From Sphaerodactylus townsendi (Eukaryota), in assembly GCF_021028975.2 (NCBI RefSeq), contig NC_059432.1, forward strand, positions 62,558,001 through 62,622,000: a DNA stretch of 64,000 nt, written 5' to 3'. The notes under the pieces are model-generated. The model was not told the DNA's origin, did not search any database, and saw nothing but the letters and a program-made list of their open reading frames with translations. The translations under genes were made by a program, and so were the position numbers. Shown in pieces: positions 1 to 24,429 of the stretch (position 1 is its first letter; each line of letters begins with the position of its first letter).

Positions 1-48
1 TATTTGTTGTTATGCTTTTATAGCATTATTATTAGTTGCAAGCAGCCT

Positions 49-130
49 CAGCGGTTCTCAATCTGGGGGTCACCACAACATGAGGAACTGTATTAAAGGG
101 TTGCGGCATTAGGAAGGTTGAGAACCACTG
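49..130. mobile_element. Minimal SPIN/URR1-type non-autonomous hAT element
   Basis: TIRs CAGCGGTTCTCAA...TTGAGAACCACTG and internal ACCACAACATGAGGAACTGTATTAAAGGG, which I recognise from URR1/SPIN MITEs. Confidence 0.8.
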
Positions 131-3100
131 CAAAGGTCTCTTCAGAGGCAGCATTATACATTACCTAAAGAAGTAAACAGGTCATACTTTTCTTTCCCAA
201 TTTCCTCCGCACAATTAAATGTTCATCCTCAACAAACTGCAGGATGAGAGCTGATATTGTTGCAATTCTATTTTTATAATGTTGAAAGAACTAGTAACCT
301 GTCCCTCTTTATAATCTTCAGAATATGCATTAGGTACATCTACAAGATTTTCTTCAGTGTGAAAAGTAGCCACCTGAAGAGATAAGGACCTGGCCATCTC
401 TCCCCCTTTTTCAGCTTTTTAAAGGCAGAAGCAGGAGACATCTAAATGTCCACTTTCTCTACCTCCTAGCCACATGAAATACAGGATGTTTCAACAGGAA
501 GATAGAGCAGATAAGGGGAACACAAGCAAACAATGGAACAATAGCAGGATATGCAATGGGCTCAGGACACCAGCTGCTTAAGCACCATCTGCTTTTACAT
601 AAGCAAAGAAAACATTTCTTGTGAGGAAGAACTGAAAGAGGCAGCTTTGTGAGACATGCCACAAATAGAAAAGCTTTGTGTGAAGATTCATAAAGATGTG
701 CCATTGCAAGTATGAAGGAGATATACCCCTAAGTACAATTTTAAAGGGACCACCAGATGTCAGTCTCTCAACTATTTAATGGCAAGCAGTGTGCTTGCAG
801 CAAGACCACCTAGTAGTAGTGTTTCTCACTGCCAAAGGCAAAGAAGTTTAATTAACCCCATGCAGCCCAAACGGAGGGGGGATTGCCATGAAAAAGAAGC
901 AAAGCAATATCACTTGCTTCTGCTGAAATTTTAATCATGATTTGGTTTTCTGGTCAGAAACTTCCAAACTATCACCAATGAAAGGTTATTGCTTTCCTGA
1001 GCCTGTACGCCATTTTCTAGGAACAAATAATTATGTTAGTCTATACCACTTTGCTCAAAAATGGCTAGAGCATTTAACACTGAAACCTGAACTCCACAGC
1101 TATATAGTGAGTTACTGAAAGAGTGTGAGAGTGCTAAAGTATAAACTCTTCTTTAAAGAGAATTACCTTAATTCCTCATCATGTGAATATTACAAGAATG
1201 GGGACACTCTTCATCTTCCCATGGTGTCCCATTTGCCAGACTAGCTACAAGGGGAATTGAAGTTCCCTGACTGAATTTCTCAACATCACTTTTGGTCCTT
1301 AAAACAGAAGCCATAGATTTGCAAGAGTAAGAGATATGGATTAAGGTGGTGCTGTACTGGAAAGAGATAATTAATCCTTCCCCAAGACTATTTCCCCAAA
1401 CAAAAAGACTACCTACTCCAGTAATTTTAGTCTGGGTAGGGGGATAGGTATAACATGAGTAACTGGCTGTTGTTTTGTTAGTTTTTCTATTTCTGTACTG
1501 TGGCATAGTAGGATCCTTCTTCTATCAGGAAAGATGGGGGTGGGAAGGAGAAGGAAAATAATTAACCCTCCCTCTCCAGCACCATGGCCTTGCTCTATAC
1601 CAGTCCTCCCAGCTACTTCTCAGTGTCAAATTACACATCTCAAGTTCCCATAATACCTACGACTACTGGCACCATATTCAGCATAGCCAAGAACTATTGG
1701 TCATCCCCTCATAAGGCCAACAACTGAAATCCACCAGAGGGAGAACACATTACCTATTACTAGTCCTATGATGTGGGGGAGAAACAGAAGAATAAGTCAT
1801 GTTACACAGGAGCACCTAATCTAACAGTGTCCAGCTATATGTTTATGTGGACACAACTCTGAAGAACTGACATATTATTCTAATCATTGGGTTCATATGA
1901 AAAAGGAGCAATTCACCAAAGGATAGAAAAAAGAATATAGAGTTCAATGACTAAATTTAAAATAACAATCTATTTTAGAATCTTTTTATACAGAATAAAT
2001 CACGCAAACTAGTTTTTGATCAAAAATGTAGACTACTACAAATTCTAAAAAATTGGTTTGCGCATTCTGTGGCATTCAACCACAGCATACACAAAAATGT
2101 ACATGCACTCAATAAAGACTGATTTTCATAGAAAACGTCTAAAGACCTCACAGTACAAATCCACATAGTTTGGAGTTCTTAAAGACACGTAGCCAAATTT
2201 TTTTAATGAAGGCTAAACAAATTGCAATTACACTGTGCTACTGAAGTATACACAGTTGCAAACAAATGAGTCCCATCTACTATGCAAAAAATCTTAATGT
2301 GCAACAGTCCTCAAGAGCATCCCTTCAAATGAACAAGGCCAAGAAACATATTGTCACGAGGCATCAGCCACGAACCAGACACTGGCTACATTCAGATGTC
2401 AAGAACAAGCCCTGATTTGTTTGGGATGATAAACAGGATGAAAATCTCAAGTGTAAAGACTCCATTCCCTCTCTGCTTACATACAACACAGAGATTGAAG
2501 AATTCCTAAAACACAGTATCTCCAAACTAACTGCAACTTGTTGTGACATCTGAATCCGGTTCTGAAGATGTAAAGGCCCAAAGGAAAAATTTAAAAACTA
2601 AGAAAAACATATTTTCTGACCTTTTTTCTAACTTTCCAACAGAAAAATTGGAAAATGTGGTGCGATAAAAACAAACTCCTATCTCTCTTTTAGAGTAAAT
2701 AAAATGACGAAGACAAGATTTTTCACACTCAAAATATACCCATGAAAATGTGTCAAATTTTCAGTGCTCTCCAGTGGAAAACCTGGGACATTTGTGAGGG
2801 AATTGGAAGAATTCTTACAGTGTCAACATATAAACATTTTAAAGTTATTCTTGCTTAAATGTAATAATTTTAGCAAGAATTAACAATCTTTGTTTAGTGG
2901 TAACACATTAACAAAAAGTTCAGTGTTTTAATAATGTTTAATAATGGATAGCCCAAGTTAGCCTGAGCTCCTCTAGAAAATTTAAATCTACATTAGGCCC
3001 TTTAACACAATCGCAGCTTATTTCTTGTCTACAAACCATGATTCTGCAAACCACATTTTAATCCTGATTTTGAATCTCTATTTACAGTCAGGAAATGTAC

Positions 3101-5869
3101 TGCAATTCGTTAAGATTCTTTATTCAAATGTCACAACAGGTTTTAGTAAGGCAGAAAGTTTCCTAAATCAGGAAGTCCTTATTGTCAGCATGGAACACAA
3201 GATACAGAAGCAGCACATTGTCCACAAATCCAAAGATTTCAGTCTCATTACAAATAAATTGTATCTTATTAGTGACATCTGAACTCAGGCTTGGATTCCA
3301 CCTGGATTTCTAAGGGGACAGGGGGGAGCCTTAACCAACTTCTGTCTCCTTCAGTGACCAGAAAGCCCCTTGAAATATTGCCCCTGGGAAGACAGGCCTC
3401 CCCCAAATAGCTCAGGGAGGAATTGGAAGTCTCCCACAACAAAAAAGTCAGCTAAAAAAACCCCATTTCCACTAACTCTGAGAACCATTGAGGGTGCTTA
3501 TCAGGTAAGTATTTCCAGATGGGATATTTCACACTATAACCCAATATTTTTCTGACCTGGGAAAGTAAGGTGTCAGAGTGACAAATGGGTGGCAGATGAT
3601 TTAAAATTTCCTGTTATTTGGTTAATCTGTCGCTAAAGGATGCTATTCAGATCCTTGCTCTGTGTCTCTAGCCTTCTGCCTCCTTGACTGCCACTTATCC
3701 TAAGCACCAGACAAAACAGCATCAAAACTCCTTGCAAGGTAAAGCAGAGATTATGTTCCAGTCCCACATCATCTTTGTATTCCCTGGGTGCTTGTACCAC
3801 ATCCTGTTACTTCATATGCCACCCATGCCATTCCCTCCATAAATCCTATATGTCTAGAATCATATGTGCAATTTCAGACAACACTTTCCCTCTCCTTGTA
3901 TCAAATTAGGTATGTTACCCTTATGAGAATCTTCTTACACACCAGCCTACAAAGAGATCCTTACAGAGACTACAGTTTTCCAGTAAGCTACTGATCAAGG
4001 TAGAACACATGTCAGAGTCAAACTAGGACTACAAAGACCCAGGTTCAAATCTTCACAGGTCTGAATTCTGCTGGGTGTCTGTGGACTAGTCACTCACTGT
4101 GAGCTTAACCAAGCATGGTTAAGGGAAGGAAAATTGTGCAGAGATCCCTGAGCTTCCTGGAAGAAGGGTGTGATAAAAATGTGATGGACACGAGACAACA
4201 GGACAGTGATATCTTCAACCTCACTGCAGTGGCTTCTTCAGGACTTAAATACATCTATCCTAAAGATCAAAAAACTCCTTCCCTTCTCCTACTTTTCCAT
4301 GTATAAAGTCTACCTCCATACAGAGATGCAGGTGACTGCTAATGGACGTAAAGTCTTCTTGACCTCTTTCCTAGCAAAATGCGCACAGCATGTCTAACAC
4401 ATCTTAAGAGTTCAGCATGTATTCTTAAACTAATATAGGTATATACTCTCTAGAGTATACAAACAGGTAAGGGTTATTGTCATATGCTCAGCTATCTAGA
4501 CAGAGGTACATAGCCTTTTCAGTCTATATAACCCTACAAATTCTAGTGTTTAATGGATCATATGCATTATCAGACATATGCTATGTTTTTCCCTTTGGAC
4601 CAACGTGTGTGCCAAAACTCTGTTTACATACACTGCTGAACGTCTCATCTGTATGTCTAATGTCCCAATGGAGCACACAATCCTTATGCACAGTTTATCT
4701 CTTGTCCGTGTGTTATCCACTCCTCATAAGGACAATCAGCTGAACAGCCAATTCATTTTGAGGCCATAGCTGTGAACTAGGTAAAGGCTGCCTGGAACAG
4801 ACAAACAGTGCAATTCTGTGAAGTTACACCAGTCTAAGCCCACTCACACTAGAGTAACTCAGCAAAAGATTGCACAGTGAGGAGCAAACTCCACAGCAAG
4901 ACAAAACAAGCACTGACTAGGATGGAAGAACATGTGGCTGTGCTGACACTGAATGGGTAATGTGAAAACTGGGTAGATTAGGGCAAATGGAAAATAGTAT
5001 GCATGTGTAAATTGTGAGGAAAAATCCTTACCTGTTTAAAGGCTAAGGAAAGCATGTGGACTACAGAAGCACATCAGATGAGTTAGAGAAAACCAAGCAT
5101 AAGCTCAGAAGTGAAAAATAGGAGTATCATAAGAAAGGGAGAGAAAAGCAGAGTACTGAAAGTACAGAGCAAACGCATAACTTCAAGCTGTTTTTTTTAA
5201 ATGACAGACCCAGTGCAGTGGTTTCACAGTGTCAGAGTAGAATTTGGGAGGTGCAGGTTCAAATCCCCACTGTGCCATGGAAACTTTCTGGATGACCTTG
5301 GGACAGTCACACTCACTCTAACCACCTTAAGGAGTAAAATGGTAAGGAGAATGATGAAAGCCAGTCTTCATGAGGGAGAAAGTCAGTGTATAAATGGAAC
5401 AATAATAATAAATACAAAACAAAGATCTCCAGCTAATCCTTCTAACTGTACAAGTAATCATGCTACAGAGGCCTCAGTTCCCCATACATCAAAGGAAACG
5501 ATAACAAAGTTTTAAAGTTTCAACTCACCTCACACACAAAACAAATCACCATATCAACTATTCTGCTCCTTAACAAACTCAACTCATATGGCATGTATCA
5601 CAGCCACCAGGTCAAGCCCCTCTCGATTATAAGCCTAAACCTACCTCCCCCCACCCCCGCCCCAAGATCACAGCCAGGCCCTAATGCCTATCCCCACACA
5701 TACTGATCGTGCTCTACACCCAGGTTCAGCATCCGATGGACAGGACCAACCAACCCACCTCTTCTCTCCTGAACTACCTTCAGACCTATCAGTTCCTCCA
5801 GCGTGCACGTCGCAAAGCCACAACCCACTTCACAATAGCCAGCATCAGCAAATCCCAAACTTTTAAAAT

Positions 5870-6700
5870 CGCCCCGAGAAACCCACAAACACCGACACTC
5901 TACCAACTCCTGGTCTTTCCCAGGTATCCCTCAGCTCAAACCTCTTGACCCCCTCCCTGCTTCTTCCCCAGCTCCCGCTCACCGGGCGCAGCCAATGCCC
6001 CCCACTCCCTCGAGCCCAGGCCCCAAAGGCCTCTCGAAGCCCCTGCCACGACCCCACCAGCCCTACCAAGCCCATGGACCAGAGGCTCCACTCACCAGTA
6101 TTTGAGGATGGCGGTGACTTGCAAGGGGTTGGGCTGCTCTGGGTACAGTCGCCGGCATTCGCCATATATGCCATGGAGCCCCGGGGGGAACAGCGGGGAG
6201 AAGGGGCCAGCCGTGGGGCCAGGGGGGGCGGCGGCGGCAGCAGTCTCCATGGGGAAGCCTGCGGGAGGGGACGTAGAGTGACGGGGCTATAGGGCACGCG
6301 GAAGAAGGAGGCGGGCAGCCCCAGTCCCGCGCACAGCGTCCACACGGCCACTCAAACTCCCTTCCCGACCCCAGCCCGGCCCAAGCGGCGGCGGCGGCAG
6401 CGGCAGAAGCGGCCACAACCCCGCCTCCCGATTTGATAGACGCCTGACTTCGCCAATCGCAATCTACTAAAGGATGAGCCTGACACACGCCCGCCTTCGC
6501 CTCCAGCCCTTGCGGAGGCGTATGCCTGACACCTAGCGACGGTGACCTGCAATTGCACCCTCCATCTTGCTCAGCCAGAGAGGAATCCCTCCCCTCTCTG
6601 AGCTCTGGGCTCGTGAAGCGGCCAAGGGAGAAAATCCAAAACTCTGGAACAAGATAACAAACACGCGCGGGCAACTGCAACTACATGGCTGGGAGAAGGG
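5870..6700. promoter_or_regulatory. CpG island / SUFU promoter region
   Basis: High GC and CpG density against a CpG-poor background; GC boxes (CCCGCC), CCAAT near 6453 and (GGC)n run upstream of the SUFU ATG. Confidence 0.8.
6096..6250 (-). CDS. SUFU: Suppressor of fused homolog, first coding exon (gene continues beyond the left edge of the window)
   Basis: Minus-strand translation METAAAAAPPGPTAGPFSPLFPPGLHGIYGECRRLYPEQPNPLQVTAILKY(W) matches the SUFU N-terminus (FPPGLHAIYGECRRLYPDQPNPLQVTAIVKYW). Ends TG|GTGAG (phase 2). Lies in a CpG island head-to-head with ACTR1A. Exon 2 was not seen in 1-6095. Confidence 0.97.
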
Positions 6701-7050
6701 AATTTGCTTGCTCATTCCTAGGCTATTGCTGTCTCTCTTGTTGCTATACTAGTTTCAGCTTAACAATTTAAGCAAAACACGTTAGAGAAGAATCTCAGTT
6801 TGTGGTAACAGTTTAACAGTGCAGTATGCAGTCCTGAAGAGTTACACCCCTCTGCGCCAATTAACTGTGGCAGGTTTAGAAGGATGTACCTCAGTTTAAG
6901 ACTAAGATGCAAACTCACTGAAGGGCTCAGTTCCATCAGGATGGATTCTCTTGTTGCTCTTTTTTTTGTCTTTACAAGAGTCAGGCCACCTCATTGGGAC
7001 CATCAGTAGAATTGCCAGCTCTGGATGAATGGGAGGAGGGTTTGATTGGG

Positions 7051-7076
7051 GGTGGTGGTGGTGGTGGTGGTGGTGG
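7051..7076. repeat. (GGT)n microsatellite
   Basis: Direct reading. Confidence 0.9.
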
Positions 7077-7350
7077 AGCCTGAGCAGGGTGAGGTTTCAG
7101 GAGGAAAGTTGGGCATAAAGCCATAGAATCCACCCTATGAAGCTGCCATTTTCTTCAGAGGATCTCTGTCACTTGGACATTAGTTGTAATCCCAGGAGAT
7201 TGCCAGCTACCACCTGGAAGTTGGCAGCTCTAGCCTTAGTGATCCACCCACCTACTACTAGCTGCCTTGCAGAGGCAACAAACAAGCCACAATGGCTAAA
7301 GTCCAGCCTAGATATTTTTCTTCAAGCTCTTGGTTTCAGAAGTTAAGTGC

Positions 7351-7486
7351 CAGTGGTGGGATTCAGCAGGTTCGCATCATTTCAACAGAACCAGTTGTTA
7401 AAATGGTACTTGTATACAACCAGTTGTTAAATTATTTAAATACCACCACCAGAACCAGTTGTTAAATTATTTGAATCCCACCACTG
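7351..7486. mobile_element. hAT MITE, family A (TIR CAGTGGTGGGATTC)
   Basis: Terminal inverted repeats; near-identical to 28991-29126. Confidence 0.85.
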
Positions 7487-9733
7487 AATATGGAGGTTCC
7501 CCTTACTCACTGAGGCTGCTAATAATTAAACCTGTCTTAACTCTCTTTTAAAGCTATGTATTTTTGTGACACCACTACACCCACTAGCAGCAAATTCCAC
7601 TGCATCATTGTATTTTATTTCATTATACTATTTATTTCTCTTCCGCACTTTGCCAATCGCAATTCCACATTTTAATTAAGCTCCAGAATCAATCAATACA
7701 TTTGCATAGTCTCTCAAGTTAGAGCAGGACAGCCAAGCAGAAAGCCCTCAGAAAAGAACAGAGTCCCCCCCACCCCCAACTGATTGGCTTAGCATCAGGC
7801 ACCTATCAATGCAAGAGGATGTGATTACAGTCTAATTGGAATCAGAGTGACTATTGCTTTTTCCAAGAGCAAGCAAAGGAAGAAGAGAACACTGCAAGAT
7901 AGCCCTATATCAAGTTGATAGTTTGGACTCTATGAAAAATTATAAGTTATTGGCTGTGCAATGCTATGCAAAGTTATGCTATGTAAAGTCAACTGAAGTC
8001 CATTGAAATCAAGTAATTTTTTACATCTTCCCCTTTTATGTGGTTTTCCCAATTTAAGTTGAAACCTTTGTTAAGACAACCTGTGTTATTTCCAGATTGT
8101 TCTGATACAAAAAGTCTGGATTATGTGCAGATTACTTCTTAAATAAGCCAGCCTGGATGGGATAGGTATGTATATGTGAGAGAGAAACAGGTACCAGTAG
8201 GCCAAGTGGGCCTGTCAGATTCTATCTCAGGTCTTAGTGTAACAGGTGGTGGCAGCTATTTAATGAGAGTGTATTCCAAGGCAAACAATAACCAAACAGC
8301 TTCAGGGAAGCAGGGTCTTCTACCTTTGGTTCCCCTGCCCTCCTGTCACATTATCCCATTGGGACATCCACTGGTAGTGAATTCCACAATTTAAGTACTT
8401 GTTGAGTAAAGATAATTACCTCCTTTCTATATTGTATTCTCAAAGAATAATTCCATGGAGGTGTTCCTTTGCTTGGCCCACCTTCAAGGAATGCGTGAAA
8501 ATCAGAGAATTCTTGTTGGTTTAGGATTGCTAGAAACTACTTTTTTCAAGGTTCTGCATTTCCCCTGACACAATTCCTTTTATTTGTCACTCTCAAGAGA
8601 GGATTTAAATAAACTTTTAAAAATCAAGCTGTATTATACTTTGGCCCTAAGAGATTTTTATGCTAAGCTTCCTTCATGGCCAGTTGCTCAAAGGCTAAAG
8701 AGTAGGAGGCAGTTGCCTTGCTGGATGATAGGAACTTGCCCAGCTCTCTTTCCTGCATAGGAAAATTATCCAGGAGTGTTCTGGATACAGGAGTACAAAG
8801 AGTTACCACCGCCACCACTATGTTGGGCAGTTCTGCCAAAAAGCAGAGGATCCATATGAGCTGGGCATTAGTATATACAGCCTCTTTAATATATGTGTAC
8901 CTCCACAGCAGATATATGTGTTTAGTGAGGCTTTATGTATGAATTTTTTTGGATTGCCTCTTGGGTTGAACAGTTACCATTTGAACGTTAACTCTTTATG
9001 ACCCTGATTGGGTGGCCCAGAACAGTACCAAGTCTCCATGGCCACAGTGCGATCTTCTCTTCCCAAGATGTGAATCTGGGCAGCAACTGTCCCCTCCTCA
9101 TCCTTTCCTGTACATGATGTAGCTGGAAATTAGCATTAAAATCTATTTTGGCTAGGATTCTGAAGTTCCCAAGATGACATTTTCTGGTAAGTCTGCACAG
9201 GGTTTCTGCCCTAGAATTATTAATCTTGTGCAGAAAATTATTTTATCAGCAGGCAAACATATACACACCAACTATCAGCCGAACAAGAAAACCATTGGCA
9301 ACTGAAGAAGGAAAGTTAGAAACCTCTCTAAGAGGGAGCAGCACTGCCCTGTCATGCTGATGACAGTGCTAGGATGCAGCAGACATTTACAGAATGGTTC
9401 TAGTTATTTTATACTCCACTTTTTTCTTCAGTAGGACCCCAAAGCAACTTATGGCCTCATCATCTGCTTAATTTTACCATGACAACACCCCTGTGAGATA
9501 GCTTAGGCTGAGAGTGAAGTTTTCATAACAGAACTGGAATCTGGGTCTTCCAGATCATAATTTGACAATCAGGCCACTGCCACACTGGTTCTTGTTCCTG
9601 GCACCAAAGATGATGACAAGGTGTAATACAACAATAAACTTTTTGAACTTTTGTACTGGTGTCCCTCCACCCCTCTCTTCAGTGTCCCAGATCACTTAGC
9701 AAGATTATATTGCAACAGAGTTGCCTCCTAGGC

Positions 9734-10070
9734 CAATGGTGGTGAACCTATGGCATGGGTGCCAAAGGTGGCACTCAGAGCCCTCTCTGTGGGCACGCAC
9801 GCACAGAATTTGTCATGTGGGGGGCTTGCTTCTGAGTAAACCCTCCTAGGGTCATGATTCACCCATTTGAAGCATTGCACAGTTGCTTCAAAGCAAAGCC
9901 ACCGACTACCACCAAGCTTACTCCCGAGTAATGCGTGCCTCGGAGCCAACAGTTTTTCCTAAACTAAAACCTCAGAATTCAGGTTAAATTGCCGTGTTGG
10001 CACTTTGCGATAAGTAAGTGGGTTTTGGGTTGCAGTTTGGGCACTCCGTCTCGAAAAGGTTTGCATTCTT
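9734..10070. mobile_element. Non-autonomous hAT-like element
   Basis: Begins CAATGGTGGTGAACCTATGGCA; degenerate ...AAAGGTTTGC end; CpG-richer than its flanks. Confidence 0.55.
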
Positions 10071-11807
10071 CTATTTTGCATGCCTTGGCCTACCCTCCAC
10101 TCTTCTAGTAACCGCCCACACCTTTCAGTGTTGGTTTCTAGTAACTGCCTTCACCTTCCATGTTAGTTTGTTGCAGCAAGCTATGAAAATTAAAGATTGT
10201 TTCTAAATTACAATTCTAGCTTTTTAAATTGTGCCTTTTGCAGGCATCAGGTGTGGAATAGTAAGTCTAGGATTCCATACCATTTTTAATTCCTCCCACA
10301 TCATATCCTGTACTTGGCCTAATTTCCCACTTTGCAGTTTTAGAGTTCCAGAAGCATAAGGGTTATGCCAGCAGTAGACTCCCATGAGCTCATGGGCATC
10401 ATTATGCTAGTATTTTCTCGCCACAAGCAAACATTAGGTTCCACTAGAATTGTCCGCCCCCTACGCAGCATCATGCAAGGATAAGAGTTCCATTCTAATT
10501 AAGAGTGTTGATCATGGCCAAAGGTATCTGATTTTAGACACTTCTCATGCACTGCATTAGCTCTGTTCTTTGGAACAAGAAAATGGATACAGCGTGATGT
10601 TATTTTAGGCTTAATACATTTGGCTGTCACTAAGAAACTTAGAACCTGAACTAAACTTTGGGTGGCTTAAAATCTCCAGTAACAGATCCATAGGGTTAAA
10701 CAAGAATTCAGCTTTTTAAAGCATATTTTCATACTCTATCAAGTTGGAAATTTTTTGTATAAGTTATTTCCAAAGAGGTTATTTACTATGATGCTCAGTT
10801 AACAAGTGCTTTGTGAAGCTGTTGAGTCATTTGTTTGGAAAGTTTTCTGAATCATGGCAGTGGGCAAGTTGGCAACTCTTTAGGAGAATCTCAAAAATCC
10901 AACAAGACTTCTAGTACAACCAGACTATTTTTCTCATATTCTATGACAGATTTTTTTTCTCAGTGGCTTGTTGCTTTATTACAAATAATACTTTGCTAGT
11001 ATTAGTAAATAAAATTTCATGCCTTCGTGGTTATGGAGAGGTGGGGGGTAGAGTGAAATAGGGGTGAACACTTAAAAACCCATGTTTCATTTTAGCGATT
11101 TTAGTGGGGTATGCACTCACCATCAGCCAACAACCTATGAGCACACCAACAATCAGTTACATGGGCCTCACTATGAAGATAGCTTCTTATCTCACTACAG
11201 ATACTAGTTTTCTGCAGATTCCCTCTGTTCTTATCAAGCTAATTACTATGAACATTGTACACTCACATCCTCAGTTGCTTCTTTGAAACACCCCTCCAAC
11301 CTGATTGGGATGTAAGGACTCGGAGGTCTCCATTCCAACTCATAGCTAAAAAAGCGATTTTAGACTCTCGCCAGTTTATACCTCCCAAAATCTTACTGGT
11401 CTCCAAGGTGCTACTGGACTCGAATATAAGGGATCTTGCCTAGAACATGAGTTTCAACTATCATAATTGTGGGGACAGGTGCACCCATTAGGTAACAATC
11501 AAACCCTCTGCACCTAAGCGCTAGAGTTGGGTTTTTAATTCATCCTCTAGCTTTTAGGTGCAGAATGGTGTAATTAGAACCTGAGCTTCGACAAAAGAAT
11601 CCAGGCTCAACACTTCAAACAACGGAACTGCAATTCCCATGATTCCCTGCCCCACAAACCACTGCAAGGGACAGAAACTGCAGAAGGGCCCTTGTTTCCT
11701 ACATAGACTCATTTTCCCAGAGTTCCCTGCGCACCCTCGCGAGCATGCGCGCTGCGGCCTGAGCTGTCGCTTCTTTGGTAGTGACTGAGGCGGCGGAGGC
11801 GCTCGCC

Positions 11808-24429
<12,622 letters not shown>

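Noticed and set aside
5863-6680. Long ORFs 5863-6351, 5945-6292 and 6063-6680
   Set aside because: Off-frame or antisense products of the GC-rich SUFU island; the real SUFU frame is 6250-6096.
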